From Elusimicrobiota bacterium (GTDB taxonomy: Bacteria; Elusimicrobiota; Endomicrobiia; Endomicrobiales; JBDRNC01): a DNA stretch of 50,834 bases. The notes under the pieces were generated by a model that did no database searches, was not told the DNA's origin, and saw only the letters and a program-made list of their open reading frames with translations. The stretch lies in the NCBI GenBank assembly GCA_043811535.1, contig JBDRNC010000007.1, positions 1 through 50,834 on the forward strand. Reading direction: 5' to 3'. Positions within the stretch are counted from its first letter, which is position 1. The number at the start of each line of letters is the position of its first letter. Positions 17,183 to 27,172 of this stretch are shown here, one piece after another. Position numbers and translations under genes: made by a program.

Positions 17183-17563
17183 TCACCTATCTCCTTCCCC
17201 TTTGACAGGGGAAGGTTGGGATGGGGATGAAGCAACTAAATTTCTGTATATTGTCTCTGCAACAGCTTCAACATTTCCCAATGCTTCACTATCCCAAAAT
17301 CTTAAAACCTTATATCCCCGACTATTCAGCCATGCTGTCCGATTATCATCATACTTTATTTTTTTTAAGTGCTGACCGCCGTCAACTTCGATGACTAACT
17401 TCTTTTTAAAACACACAAAGTCAACAATGTAACGACCTATTGGCGCCTGTCTTCTAAAGATATGCCCGCCTATTTGCCTGTGTCTCAAACAACGCCACAT
17501 TTTTCTTTCAGCATCAGTCAGATTTTTTCTGAGATGTCTGGCATTTTCTTTTATATCCCCCAT
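17183..17563 (-). CDS. DUF559 / Vsr-like endonuclease
   Basis: ARHLRKNLTDAERKMW..LR..Q..FRRQAPIGRYIVDF..LVIEVDGGQH..D..RTAWL..GYKVLRFW. Confidence 0.92.
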   Translation of the reverse strand: MGDIKENARHLRKNLTDAERKMWRCLRHRQIGGHIFRRQAPIGRYIVDFVCFKKKLVIEVDGGQHLKKIKYDDNRTAWLNSRGYKVLRFWDSEALGNVEAVAETIYRNLVASSPSQPSPVKGEGDR

Positions 17564-17613
17564 GCCACCCCCACCTTAATCCTCCCCCGTCAAGGGGGAG
17601 GGATATATGTTAA

Positions 17614-18210
17614 CTACTTATAAACCCTTACCACTTTCATGGCGGCTTTGTCGCGCTCGGCTATAATTATGGATTCAAGCTCTTTCACCGCTGCCGGTAT
17701 TTTATCGTTTACAACGACGTACTCGTATTTATTCCTGTATTTAATTTCATCTTTCGCGTTCGCCAGCCGGAGACGCACGGATTCGGGCGTGTCCTGGCCG
17801 CGCTCAACAAGCCGCCTTTTCAGCTCGTGGAACGACGGCGGAACTATGAATATCATCACGGCTTCGTGAAAATGCATTTTTATATTCAGCGCGCCGACCA
17901 CGTCGATATCCAGCAGTATGTCCCTGCCCGCTTTGACCGCTTTTTCCAATTGCGATTTGAGCGTGCCGTAATAACTGCCGTGGACGAGAGCCCACTCGGC
18001 GAATTTGTGTTCCTTTATCCTGTTCTTGAACTCTTTTCCGGAGACGAAGAAGTACTCGCGCCCGTTGCGCTCGCCGCGCCTGGGTTTTCTTGTGGTGCAG
18101 GACACGGAAAATTTAAGGTTGGCGATTTTCCTGAACAGGTAGCCGCACAGCGTGCTCTTGCCTGTCCCGGAGGGCGCCGATATTACGAAGATGATGCCTT
18201 TACGTTTCAT
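17614..18210 (-). CDS. gmk: Guanylate kinase
   Basis: SAPSGTGKST, SCTTRKPRRGE, EWALVHGSYYGT. Confidence 0.96.
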   Translation of the reverse strand: MKRKGIIFVISAPSGTGKSTLCGYLFRKIANLKFSVSCTTRKPRRGERNGREYFFVSGKEFKNRIKEHKFAEWALVHGSYYGTLKSQLEKAVKAGRDILLDIDVVGALNIKMHFHEAVMIFIVPPSFHELKRRLVERGQDTPESVRLRLANAKDEIKYRNKYEYVVVNDKIPAAVKELESIIIAERDKAAMKVVRVYK

Positions 18211-18516
18211 ATTCAACCTATCTCCTTCCCCCTTCTACGGGGGAAGGCTGGGATGGGGGTCCTCCCCACCCTCACCCATGGCACCCCCATCTACGAATAT
18301 CCCAGTGGGGAAGCACACTGTGCTTCCCCCTATCCTGCCAGTGGGGAGGGAAATATGTTAACTACTTATTTACCGACCTAATTTTATAAAAACAACCTGT
18401 AAAAAGCAACCTTTCTTTTGCTGTCATCACGAGGAGGTCGCCGCGGCGACCGACGTGGTGATCTCTGGCCTGAGATTGCCGCGCCCTTCGGGCTCGCAAT
18501 GACGGCCATAGAGACA

Positions 18517-19107
18517 TTACTTTCTAAACACTGCCACAAGCAGGGCGAGGACCGAAATGCCGCCCACAACGGGCAGGACCCACTCGGCCTCGTACCACTT
18601 CTTTTCCTGCTGAATATCCTCGCCTTCTCTTACTATTTTAGATGATTTCATAACGCCTATGTCTTCGCGTATCTGCGCCTGCTCGGAACGAAACAAGCTC
18701 AGCTCGGATTCCATTTCGTTTATCTTTTCTTCCGAGGGCACTCTCATGCCCTGCTCCACGATAAGCCGTTTCTGCTCCTGAAGCGCGAGCCGCAGCTCCT
18801 CTATATCCTTGCCTAACTGGGTGTTCCGCGTGTTCAGGTACTCGATCTTGTAGTTCAGCCCCGCCACGGCCGAGTTCAGCTGCGTGTAATCTTCGGATAC
18901 GACCGGCACGGTGGTTATTATGACTGTCTGCTGCGGAGCCGCGTCTTTCACCGTGTCAGTGGAAGCCGGCTGGGAGGTTTCCTTCTTTATGATTTTCTCC
19001 TCCGTCTTGATAGGCGTTTTTTTCTTGGTTTTGTTCGCGGGCGTCGCGGCGCAAAGCGCGCCCGAAACCATTGAACAGCTGATGAGGACTGCGATAAATT
19101 TTTTCAT
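18517..19107 (-). CDS. Hypothetical coiled-coil protein with signal peptide and C-terminal TM
   Basis: 196-aa ORF, heptad-rich middle region. Confidence 0.65.
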   Translation of the reverse strand: MKKFIAVLISCSMVSGALCAATPANKTKKKTPIKTEEKIIKKETSQPASTDTVKDAAPQQTVIITTVPVVSEDYTQLNSAVAGLNYKIEYLNTRNTQLGKDIEELRLALQEQKRLIVEQGMRVPSEEKINEMESELSLFRSEQAQIREDIGVMKSSKIVREGEDIQQEKKWYEAEWVLPVVGGISVLALLVAVFRK

Positions 19108-19267
19108 TTGCTTTTCCTTTCATCTCCCCTCCTTTGCAAGGAGGGGTCGGGGGAGATTTTTAAAATCCCCCTGTGTCCACTCCCTAAACAAGGGACCTTC
19201 GGCCTTTAAGAAAGGGGGAGTAAGCCTTTATGTTTCCACCTTACAAGTGGGGAGGGAAATATGAAGT

Positions 19268-20158
19268 TTACATAAATCCAGCGAACAATTTAACCATATC
19301 CTTCGGCAGGGGCGCGGTGAAATCCACCGGCCTGCCTTTTGACGGGTGCATGAATGTTATTTTATAGGCGTGGAGCATGGTACGGAAAAACTCGTAGCCG
19401 CCCGCCGTTTCGGGGCCGCCGTAGGTTCCGTCGCCGAGCACCGGGTGGCCGATGTACGCCAAATGGCTTCTTATCTGGTGCGTGCGCCCGGTCAGCGGCC
19501 TGACCTCAAGCAGTGAATACTCTTTCGCGGCCCTTATGACCGTGAATTCCGTGATCGCGTCTTTCTTCGCCATCGGGCCGACGACTATTTTTTTCCGGTC
19601 GTTGGGGGCCCTGCCGAGAGGCGCCTCTATGTAGCCCTTTCGCTCTATGACGGCGCCCTTGACCGCGGCGAGATACGTCTTTTTTACGGCCCGCTTCTGG
19701 AACTGCTTGACTAAACTTTTCTTGGCGCGCTCGTTCTTGGCGATCACGATGATGCCCGACGTGCCCTTGTCGAGGCGGTGCACCATGAGCGGGGTGTATT
19801 TTCCGCCCGCGCGGCCGAACAAGGCGTTTAAAAGCGTGCCTGTCTGGTTTCCGCACGCGGGATGGACGACCAGCCCGGCGGATTTGTTGACGATGAGCAG
19901 GTCGGCGTCCTCGTAAATTATCTCAAGCGCTATGTTCTCGGGCTCGATGTCTTTTTTTTCTTCCACGAACTCGACGCTCACGGAGTCGCCGGGCTCAAGT
20001 TTCCTGCTCGGCATCGCGGTTTCGCCGTTTAACAGCACGTTCCCGCTCTTTATGAGCCGCTGGAAGTAGCCGCGGGAGTACTCGGAATATTTCTTGCTGA
20101 GGAAAACGTCCAGGCGCTCGGGCGCGGAGTTTCCGGTGACAGTCAGTTTTTCGGTCAT
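19268..20158 (-). CDS. rluD: RluA/RluD family pseudouridine synthase
   Basis: S4 domain, VHRLDKGTSG, TGRTHQIR, GDGTYG. Confidence 0.9.
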   Translation of the reverse strand: MTEKLTVTGNSAPERLDVFLSKKYSEYSRGYFQRLIKSGNVLLNGETAMPSRKLEPGDSVSVEFVEEKKDIEPENIALEIIYEDADLLIVNKSAGLVVHPACGNQTGTLLNALFGRAGGKYTPLMVHRLDKGTSGIIVIAKNERAKKSLVKQFQKRAVKKTYLAAVKGAVIERKGYIEAPLGRAPNDRKKIVVGPMAKKDAITEFTVIRAAKEYSLLEVRPLTGRTHQIRSHLAYIGHPVLGDGTYGGPETAGGYEFFRTMLHAYKITFMHPSKGRPVDFTAPLPKDMVKLFAGFM

Positions 20159-20913
20159 TCTTTGTTCCCCTTGCCGAGGAAAGCGTAGAGCGCGATGAGT
20201 ATTATCGCAAGCGAGCCGCCCTGGCCGGGCGACATGCCGAGCAGGAAAACGCCGCGCTCGTCGCCGCGCAGGAACTCAATATGAAAACGAAGCATTCCGT
20301 AGAAGAACAGGTACACCCAGAAGGCCCTTCCTTCCGCGTGCTTGTACCTGTTGTACCAGTCAAGGAAAATGAATATCGCGAGGTTGCCGAGCGACTCGTA
20401 AATTTGAGTGGGATGCAGGCAGACGTTGAGCGGGGCCAGCGATTCCGGATTGGTGAACTTGACGGCCCACGGAAGAGCGGTCTTGCTGCCGTAGCAGCAG
20501 CCCGCGAACAAACAGCCGATCCTTCCGAAAACGTGCCCCAGGGCTAACGCCGGCGCCGCTATATCCGCGAGCGCCCAGAACCGGATCGCGGGATGTTTTC
20601 TCACGTAAAATATTACGGCAAGCGCGCCGAGAAGAAGGCCGCCGTAAAAAACCATGCCGCCTTCCCAAACCCTGAAGATCTCCCAGAAATTCCTTGAATA
20701 GTATCCCGCGTTGAAAGCGACGTACGCGAGCCGCCCGCCTGCAAGCCCGGCGACTATCGCGTAGAGCGAAAGGTCAAGTATGTTTTCTTCGCGGATGCCG
20801 GCTTTTTTGCCTTTTCGCAGGAGGTACTGGAGCGCGGCGAACATGCCGAGCGCCACGAAGAAACCGTAGGTTTTGAGGGTGATTGGGCCGAGTTTAATTA
20901 AAGTAGGGAACAT
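20155..20913 (-). CDS. lgt: Prolipoprotein diacylglyceryl transferase
   Basis: GGMVFYGG, GRIGCLFAGCCYG, HPTQIYE. Confidence 0.96.
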   Translation of the reverse strand: MFPTLIKLGPITLKTYGFFVALGMFAALQYLLRKGKKAGIREENILDLSLYAIVAGLAGGRLAYVAFNAGYYSRNFWEIFRVWEGGMVFYGGLLLGALAVIFYVRKHPAIRFWALADIAAPALALGHVFGRIGCLFAGCCYGSKTALPWAVKFTNPESLAPLNVCLHPTQIYESLGNLAIFIFLDWYNRYKHAEGRAFWVYLFFYGMLRFHIEFLRGDERGVFLLGMSPGQGGSLAIILIALYAFLGKGNKE

Positions 20914-21121
20914 AGGATAATTACAAATTACAGATTACAAATTACAGCAACTCACTTCCTATCTCCTTCCCCTTTGACAGGGGAAGGTTGGGATGGGGAT
21001 GATAATTGTTTTCTTGCCACCCCCACCTTAATCCTCCGGCACCCCCATCTACGAACATCCCAGTGGGGAAGCACACTGTGCTTCCCCCTATCATCAAGAG
21101 GGAGGATATATGTAATACAGC

Positions 21122-21595
21122 CTATTTGGCTTTCTTAAAGAACTCCGATTTAAGAACTGACAAGAACAATATCACTCCGCCGACGGATATGCACGAATCC
21201 GCGACATTGAAGGCCGGCCAGTAATGTGTCCCTATGTGGAACTCAAGGAAATCTATCACGCGGCCATGGAATATCCTGTCTATGAGGTTGCCGGAGGCGC
21301 CTGACACTATCAGTATCACGGACCAGCGCAGCCATGCTGTAAGTTTCGGCTTGTTTCGGACGTACCAGAAGATGAAACCGGCCAGGACCAGCGCCGTCAG
21401 CACGGTGAAAACGGCGTTCCCGCCCTGGAACAGCCCGAAAGAGATTCCGGTGTTTGTGACGTAGGTCAGCTGAAAGAAAGGCAGGACGACGTGCGTTTCG
21501 CACGGAAAGAACTTCATCCTGATGATGTATTTGGTCACCTGGTCAAGAAACAGCAGGGCCAGCACGAGCATTAGTTCTTTTTTGAATTTTTTCAT
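21122..21595 (-). CDS. lspA: Signal peptidase II
   Basis: DQVTK, NTGISFG, GNLIDR, FNVADS. Confidence 0.96.
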   Translation of the reverse strand: MKKFKKELMLVLALLFLDQVTKYIIRMKFFPCETHVVLPFFQLTYVTNTGISFGLFQGGNAVFTVLTALVLAGFIFWYVRNKPKLTAWLRWSVILIVSGASGNLIDRIFHGRVIDFLEFHIGTHYWPAFNVADSCISVGGVILFLSVLKSEFFKKAK

Positions 21596-21770
21596 TGTTC
21601 GCTACTCACATTCTCCTTCCCCTTTGATAGGGGAAGGCTGGGATGGGCAATCAGATTTTAACCTTCACCTTCCCCTTTGACAGGGGAAGGTTGGGATGGG
21701 GATGATAATTGTTTTCTTGCCCCCCACCCTGACCCTCCCCCACAAAGTGGGGAGGGAATATGTCAACTAC

Positions 21771-24527
21771 TTAAATTGCCTTCTTACATCTGGGGCACAA
21801 CCCATCGCTGCCAACGTCAGCAACATGTCTCCAGCAACGGTCGCATTTCTTCAAAGCGGATTTTTTCGCGGTAACGCTGACTTCCGCGGATGATTTAATT
21901 TCTATGTCCCACGTTCCGAGAACGTTGGATAACAGATCAATGTCCTTCTCTTCGCAGGAAACAGCCGCGTGGGCTTCTAAATTGGAGCCGATCTCTTTAT
22001 TTTTTCTAAGTTCTTCAAACTGCATGAGCGCTTTATCGCGGATTTGCGAAAGTTTTTCCCATTTTTCCCTGAGTTCGCCCGCGAATATCTTTTTCGCGTC
22101 AGAAACGGGGAAATCGGCGAGGAATACCGAGGCCGGGAGTTTCGCGTCCTTCTTCCTGAGCTCCGCCCACGCCTCTTCGCACGTAAAGGACAGCACGGGC
22201 GCAGTCATCCTGATGAGCGCCGAGCAAATCTCGCAGAGAGCGGTCTGGGCGCTTCTTCTCGCGGGCCAATCCTTCCCGTCGCAGTAGAGCGTGTCTTTGA
22301 GCGCGTCAAGATAGAAACCGCTGAGGTCAACGGTGCAGAACTTATTGATGCCGATGGCGGCGCTGTGAAATTCATATGTCTCGTAGGCGCGTGTAATTTC
22401 CGAGGTAAGCTCGTGAAGGCGCGAGAGCGCGTGGCGGTCTATTTCGCGCATCTTTGAATATTCAACGGCGTCTTTGGCGGGGTCAAAATCCGAGATATTT
22501 CCCAGCAGGAAGCGCAGGGTGTTCCTTATCTTTCTGTAGGCGTCCGCGAGGCCCTTCAGTATTTCCGGCGATATCCTGATGTCCTCTTTGTAGTCGCTTG
22601 TCGCAACCCACAGCCGCATTATATCGGCGCCGTACTGTTTGATGAGGTTGTCGGAAGCGATGACGTTACCGAGCGACTTGGACATCTTTTTGCCTTCCCC
22701 ATCCACTACGAAACCGTGCGTGAGCACGTTCTTGTAAGGCGCTTTGCCCCTGAGCGCCGCCGAAGACAGCAGCGAGGTCTGAAACCACCCTCTATGCTGG
22801 TCGCTCCCTTCTGAATATAAATCGGCCGGCCATGTCAAATCCTTATAATCACCGCTCGCCAGGACCGCCTCGTGCGAAACACCTGAATCAAACCACACGT
22901 CAAGTATGTCCTGTTCCTTCCGGAATTTTTCGTGCTTGCATTTGCCGCATTCAACATCCAAAGGGTTAAGGAGTTCCTCGGCGCTCTTTTCGTACCAGAC
23001 ATCCGCGCCGTTCTCCGCTACTTTGCCGGCTATGTGGTTTATTATCTTTTCATCAAGCAGCGGCTCGCCGCATTTTTCGCAGTAGAAAACGGGTATCGGC
23101 ACGCCCCACAGCCGCTGGCGGCTGAGGCACCAGTCCGGGCGCGTCTCTATCATCCCGGCGATGCGGTTTTCGCTGTACGGGGGGATCCACTTGACTGTTT
23201 TTATTATATCGAGCATTTTTTTGCGCAGGCCCTCATGTTCCACGCTCATGAACCACTGCGGCGTGGCGCGGAAGATAATCGCGCGCTTGCACCGCCAGCA
23301 GTGCGGATAGGGATGCGTAAGTTTTTCGTCCAAAAGCAGGACACCAAGCGATTTGAGCTTCTCTACGATGAGCGGGTTGGCCGCGAAGACCTTGTGCCCT
23401 TTAAAATCGTCCACTTCTTCGGTGAATATTCCTTTGTCGTCGACAGGCGAGATTATCGGAAGCTTGTATTTGAGCCCCGCGGCATAATCGTCCTGGCCGT
23501 GGCCCGGCGCTATGTGCACGACGCCCGTGCCGTCTTCAAGCGTGACAAACCCGGCGAGTATGCCGACGGACTGCCTTTGCATCAGCGGGTTGAGCGTTTT
23601 CATGCCTTCAAGTTTATCGCCCGCGAATTCCTGTTTTATCTTGTATTCAACGGCCCCTATCCTTTCGGCGACGGCGGGAAGCAGTTTCTTTGAAAGTATA
23701 AGGTTTTCTGTTGAACCGTCTTTCAGCTTCAGCGCGGCGTAGGCGTACTCGGCCTCGGGATGGAACGCAAGCGCGACATTGGCGGGAAGCGTCCACGGAG
23801 TTGTCGTCCAGATCAGAACGGACGGCGAGTCCGTCAGGGACAGGTGCATCGGCGCGGTGGCTTCGATGACCTTGAATTTGACGAAAATTGAATGGGAGAT
23901 ATGGTCGGCGTACTCCACTTCGGCGTCCGCTAAAGCGGTTTCGCACGTGGGGCACCAGTAAACCGGTTTTTTCTGCCTGTAGATATAGCCGTTTTTCACG
24001 AGGCCGCCGAATACTTTTATTATCACGGCCTCGTATTTCGGGTCAAGCGTGAGATACGGCCTTTCCCAGTCGCTGAGCACCCCGAGCCGTTTGAACTCGT
24101 CTCGCTGTATGTCCACGAATTTTTTCGCGAATGCCGCGGCGGCTTTCCTGAACTCCACGAGATTCACTTTATGTTTGTCAACTTTCATGTCCTTCATGCA
24201 CTGCTGTTCTATCGGAAGCCCGTGGCAGTCCCAGCCCGGCGTGTACGGCGAGTAATGGCCGGTCATGGATTTGTATTTTACTATCAGGTCTTTCAGTATT
24301 TCGTTGAGGGATGTCCCTATATGAATGTGCCCGTTGGCGTAGGGGGGGCCGTCGTGCAGTATGAACTGCTTCTTGCCTTTGTTTTTGTCCCTGAGTTCCT
24401 TGTAGGTATTCTCGGATTCCCATTTCTTTATGAATTCCGGCTCCCGCGCGGGGAGATTGGCCTTCATGGGGAATTCTGTGGAGGGCAAATTAACTGTTTT
24501 CGAATAGTCTGGTTTGTTATCCGACAT
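21771..24527 (-). CDS. ileS: Isoleucine-tRNA ligase (type 1)
   Basis: DGPPYANGHIHIG, WTTTPWTLP, GSDQHRGWF, KMSKS, C-terminal CDRC...CPRC. Confidence 0.98.
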   Translation of the reverse strand: MSDNKPDYSKTVNLPSTEFPMKANLPAREPEFIKKWESENTYKELRDKNKGKKQFILHDGPPYANGHIHIGTSLNEILKDLIVKYKSMTGHYSPYTPGWDCHGLPIEQQCMKDMKVDKHKVNLVEFRKAAAAFAKKFVDIQRDEFKRLGVLSDWERPYLTLDPKYEAVIIKVFGGLVKNGYIYRQKKPVYWCPTCETALADAEVEYADHISHSIFVKFKVIEATAPMHLSLTDSPSVLIWTTTPWTLPANVALAFHPEAEYAYAALKLKDGSTENLILSKKLLPAVAERIGAVEYKIKQEFAGDKLEGMKTLNPLMQRQSVGILAGFVTLEDGTGVVHIAPGHGQDDYAAGLKYKLPIISPVDDKGIFTEEVDDFKGHKVFAANPLIVEKLKSLGVLLLDEKLTHPYPHCWRCKRAIIFRATPQWFMSVEHEGLRKKMLDIIKTVKWIPPYSENRIAGMIETRPDWCLSRQRLWGVPIPVFYCEKCGEPLLDEKIINHIAGKVAENGADVWYEKSAEELLNPLDVECGKCKHEKFRKEQDILDVWFDSGVSHEAVLASGDYKDLTWPADLYSEGSDQHRGWFQTSLLSSAALRGKAPYKNVLTHGFVVDGEGKKMSKSLGNVIASDNLIKQYGADIMRLWVATSDYKEDIRISPEILKGLADAYRKIRNTLRFLLGNISDFDPAKDAVEYSKMREIDRHALSRLHELTSEITRAYETYEFHSAAIGINKFCTVDLSGFYLDALKDTLYCDGKDWPARRSAQTALCEICSALIRMTAPVLSFTCEEAWAELRKKDAKLPASVFLADFPVSDAKKIFAGELREKWEKLSQIRDKALMQFEELRKNKEIGSNLEAHAAVSCEEKDIDLLSNVLGTWDIEIKSSAEVSVTAKKSALKKCDRCWRHVADVGSDGLCPRCKKAI

Positions 24528-24545
24528 TTGTATACCTTTTATTCA

Positions 24546-24687
24546 ATAAATACTAAATTCTAAACACTAAATACTAAATAAGCTCAAAACATAAATAATT
24601 AAACTCAAACGCTGCATTTATATTTAATATTTGAATTTGTATTTTTGGATTTATTTAGTGTTTAGTATTTATTGTTTAGTGTTTGTA
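24546..24687. repeat. Inverted heptamer tandem repeats (AAATACT / TTTAGTA)
   Basis: AAATACTAAATTCTAAACACTAAATACTAAA...TTTAGTGTTTAGTATTT; similar block at 30510-30632. Confidence 0.7.
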
Positions 24688-25710
24688 TTACTTTAGTGCA
24701 TTCTTAATATGATTTGCTTGAAAAACTCCATTTTCAGTAATGATAGCAGTAATATTGCGGGCCGGTGTCACGTCAAAGCCGGGATGCCTTGCTACGGTGC
24801 CTTTCGGGGCTATCAAATTCCCCTTGATATAGATAACTTCGTCGGTCGAGCGTTCTTCAATCTTGATTTCCCGGCCTGACGGCGTCCTGAGGTCTATGGT
24901 TGAAACCGGTGCCGCTATGTAGAAAGGTATCTTGTGGTACTTGGCCAGTATTGAAAGCGAATACGTGCCTATCTTGTTGGCCGTGTCGCCGTTGGCGGCG
25001 ATCCTGTCGGCGCCGACCACGACGGCGTCTATCTCGCCCTTGCCCATGAAGTATCCCGCCATGTTGTCGGTTATGAGGCAGTGCGGTATCTTGTCCTGCT
25101 TGAGTTCCCACGCTGTCAGGCGCGCGCCCTGAAGGTACGGCCTTGTCTCGTCAACGTAAACCAGGTTCACTTTTCCGTCCCTGCGGGCCGAGCGTATCAC
25201 GCCGAGCGCCGTGCCGTATCCGGCCGTAGCCAGGGCCCCGGCGTTGCAGTGCGTGAGAATGACAGAGTTTTTTTTGATAAGTTCCGCGCCGTAATCGCCG
25301 AGTTTCTTGTTTATCTCGATATCTTCAAAATACACCGCTTCGGCTTCCATCTCAAGCTCTTTTACGGCCGCTTTAACGCTGCCGTAAAGGTTCGCGGCTA
25401 TCCTTTTCATCCGCTCAATGCCCCAGAAAAGATTTACCGCCGTCGGGCGCGTGGAAGCAAGCAGGGCCGAGGCTTTCCAGATATACTTTTTCAGCTCTAT
25501 GAGGTTCCTGAATTTTTTTTCGCCCGCGGCAAGGGCGACACCGTACGCGGCCGCCACGCCGATGGCTGGCGCCCCGCGGATAACCATGTCCTTTATGCAC
25601 CGCGCGACGTCCTTGTGGTTCCTGCAGCGGACATAGGCGACTTTCCCGGGCAAAAGCCGCTGCTCGAGAATGAATAATTCCCCTTTTTTCCAATAAAGTG
25701 TTTTGATCAT
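24688..25710 (-). CDS. mtnA: Methylthioribose-1-phosphate isomerase
   Basis: IRGAPAIG, TRPTAVNL, LTHCNAGALAT, ETRPYLQGARLT, NKIGTY. Confidence 0.96.
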   Translation of the reverse strand: MIKTLYWKKGELFILEQRLLPGKVAYVRCRNHKDVARCIKDMVIRGAPAIGVAAAYGVALAAGEKKFRNLIELKKYIWKASALLASTRPTAVNLFWGIERMKRIAANLYGSVKAAVKELEMEAEAVYFEDIEINKKLGDYGAELIKKNSVILTHCNAGALATAGYGTALGVIRSARRDGKVNLVYVDETRPYLQGARLTAWELKQDKIPHCLITDNMAGYFMGKGEIDAVVVGADRIAANGDTANKIGTYSLSILAKYHKIPFYIAAPVSTIDLRTPSGREIKIEERSTDEVIYIKGNLIAPKGTVARHPGFDVTPARNITAIITENGVFQANHIKNALK

Positions 25711-25925
25711 GATCTTATTGTACTGATGAAGTATTTGGGCGGGTGTCATATGCTTTTAACTATACGCTATCCGCTACGACCAACAACTATTTACTTAATC
25801 GAAGTCCCTTTTTCAGGGATCCGCTAATTCATAACTGCTGATTGCCAATTGCTGATTGTTGCTGTCGCGGCACTAAAGTGCCGCCTACATACTAATTGCC
25901 AATTGCTAATTGCTAACTGCAATTC

Positions 25926-26189
25926 TTAAGGAATCGTTTCCAGTACTTCTTCCAGCTCTTCTTCGGAACGGCCGCAGATCTCTATCGTCTTTTCCCTGCC
26001 GCGCTCGCCTTTCCTCAGAAGGACCATCCTGGGTTTTACTTCAAAGAACTCCGCCAGAAATTCGCAGAGTTCCCCGTTGGCCTTGCCCTCAACCGCCGGG
26101 GCGCCTATCTTGACGCGCAGGATAGAACCTATCCTGCCCACAACTTCGCTTCGCTTCGCGTTTGGAATTACCCTTACTTTGATGATCAT
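25926..26189 (-). CDS. DUF167 / YggU family protein
   Basis: VRVIPNAK...APAVEGKANGEL..FLA. Confidence 0.9.
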   Translation of the reverse strand: MIIKVRVIPNAKRSEVVGRIGSILRVKIGAPAVEGKANGELCEFLAEFFEVKPRMVLLRKGERGREKTIEICGRSEEELEEVLETIP

Positions 26190-26228
26190 TGCTTTTTATC
26201 CCTCCGCTTCGATTCTGGATGGGAGCAT

Positions 26229-27053
26229 TTATCGTGAAAGCTCTTTGGCTCTTTCTTTTGCCCTTTTGACTGCTTTTTTAAATATTTCAGCGAACTTATT
26301 TCTTGCCAGCGTCTTTATCGCAGCTTCCGTAGTGCCTCCCGGAGATGTTACGTTCTTTCTCAGCCGCGCGGCCGGCGTCTCCGGGCAGCGTTTGAGCATT
26401 TCCCCCGCGCCGATAACCGTCTGCCTGGAAAAATCGCGCGCCGTATTGCCGGCAAGCCCGAGGTCTTTCGCGGCCTGTTCAAGAAGTTCCGCCAGCAGGA
26501 AAACGTAGGCCGGGCCGGAACCGGACACGGCGGTAACCGCGTCAATCTTGCTTTCCGGAAGCGCAGCCGTTATGCCTGTCTGGTCAAACAGTTTTTTTGC
26601 CGTCGAAAGATGCGCCGCCTTCGCCCACCTTCCTTTCGCTATGCCCGTCGCGCCGCAGCCGAAAGCCGCGGGCGTGTTAGGCATGGTCCGGACTACCGGA
26701 ACGCCTTTTATCAGGAATCTTTCTATCCATTTTGTCGTGATGCCTGCCGCTATAGAGATGACCAGCTGGTTTTTGCGGATGCGCAGGCCGGCCTCGCAAA
26801 GAAGGCCCTCCATCTGCCGGGGCTTGACCGCAAGGAAAATGATATTTGCTTTTTTTAGCGCGGATAATTTATCCGTCGACGTTTTTATACGGTATTTCCT
26901 TTTGAGGAATGAAAGACGTTTCAGGTCGATGTCAACGGCCGTTATAGCCGAAGCCGGCGCTAACCGGCTCTTGATGAAGCCGGAGATGAGCGCCTCGGCC
27001 ATCTTACCGCTGCCTAGAAACGCGATATTCTTGTTTATTCCCTTGTTTTTCAT
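26229..27053 (-). CDS. proC: Pyrroline-5-carboxylate reductase
   Basis: GSGKMA, LAVKP, RTMPNT, SGSGPAY, VTSPGGTT. Confidence 0.96.
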   Translation of the reverse strand: MKNKGINKNIAFLGSGKMAEALISGFIKSRLAPASAITAVDIDLKRLSFLKRKYRIKTSTDKLSALKKANIIFLAVKPRQMEGLLCEAGLRIRKNQLVISIAAGITTKWIERFLIKGVPVVRTMPNTPAAFGCGATGIAKGRWAKAAHLSTAKKLFDQTGITAALPESKIDAVTAVSGSGPAYVFLLAELLEQAAKDLGLAGNTARDFSRQTVIGAGEMLKRCPETPAARLRKNVTSPGGTTEAAIKTLARNKFAEIFKKAVKRAKERAKELSR

Positions 27054-27172
27054 TTTCTTGTTAATCAACAGTCTATATAACTAGGTTTTCACTTTTTGTA
27101 ATTAGTAATTGGCAATTAGCAATTAGTTAAGACAAACAAACCAATAAACCACTAATCGCCAATTGCTAATGG

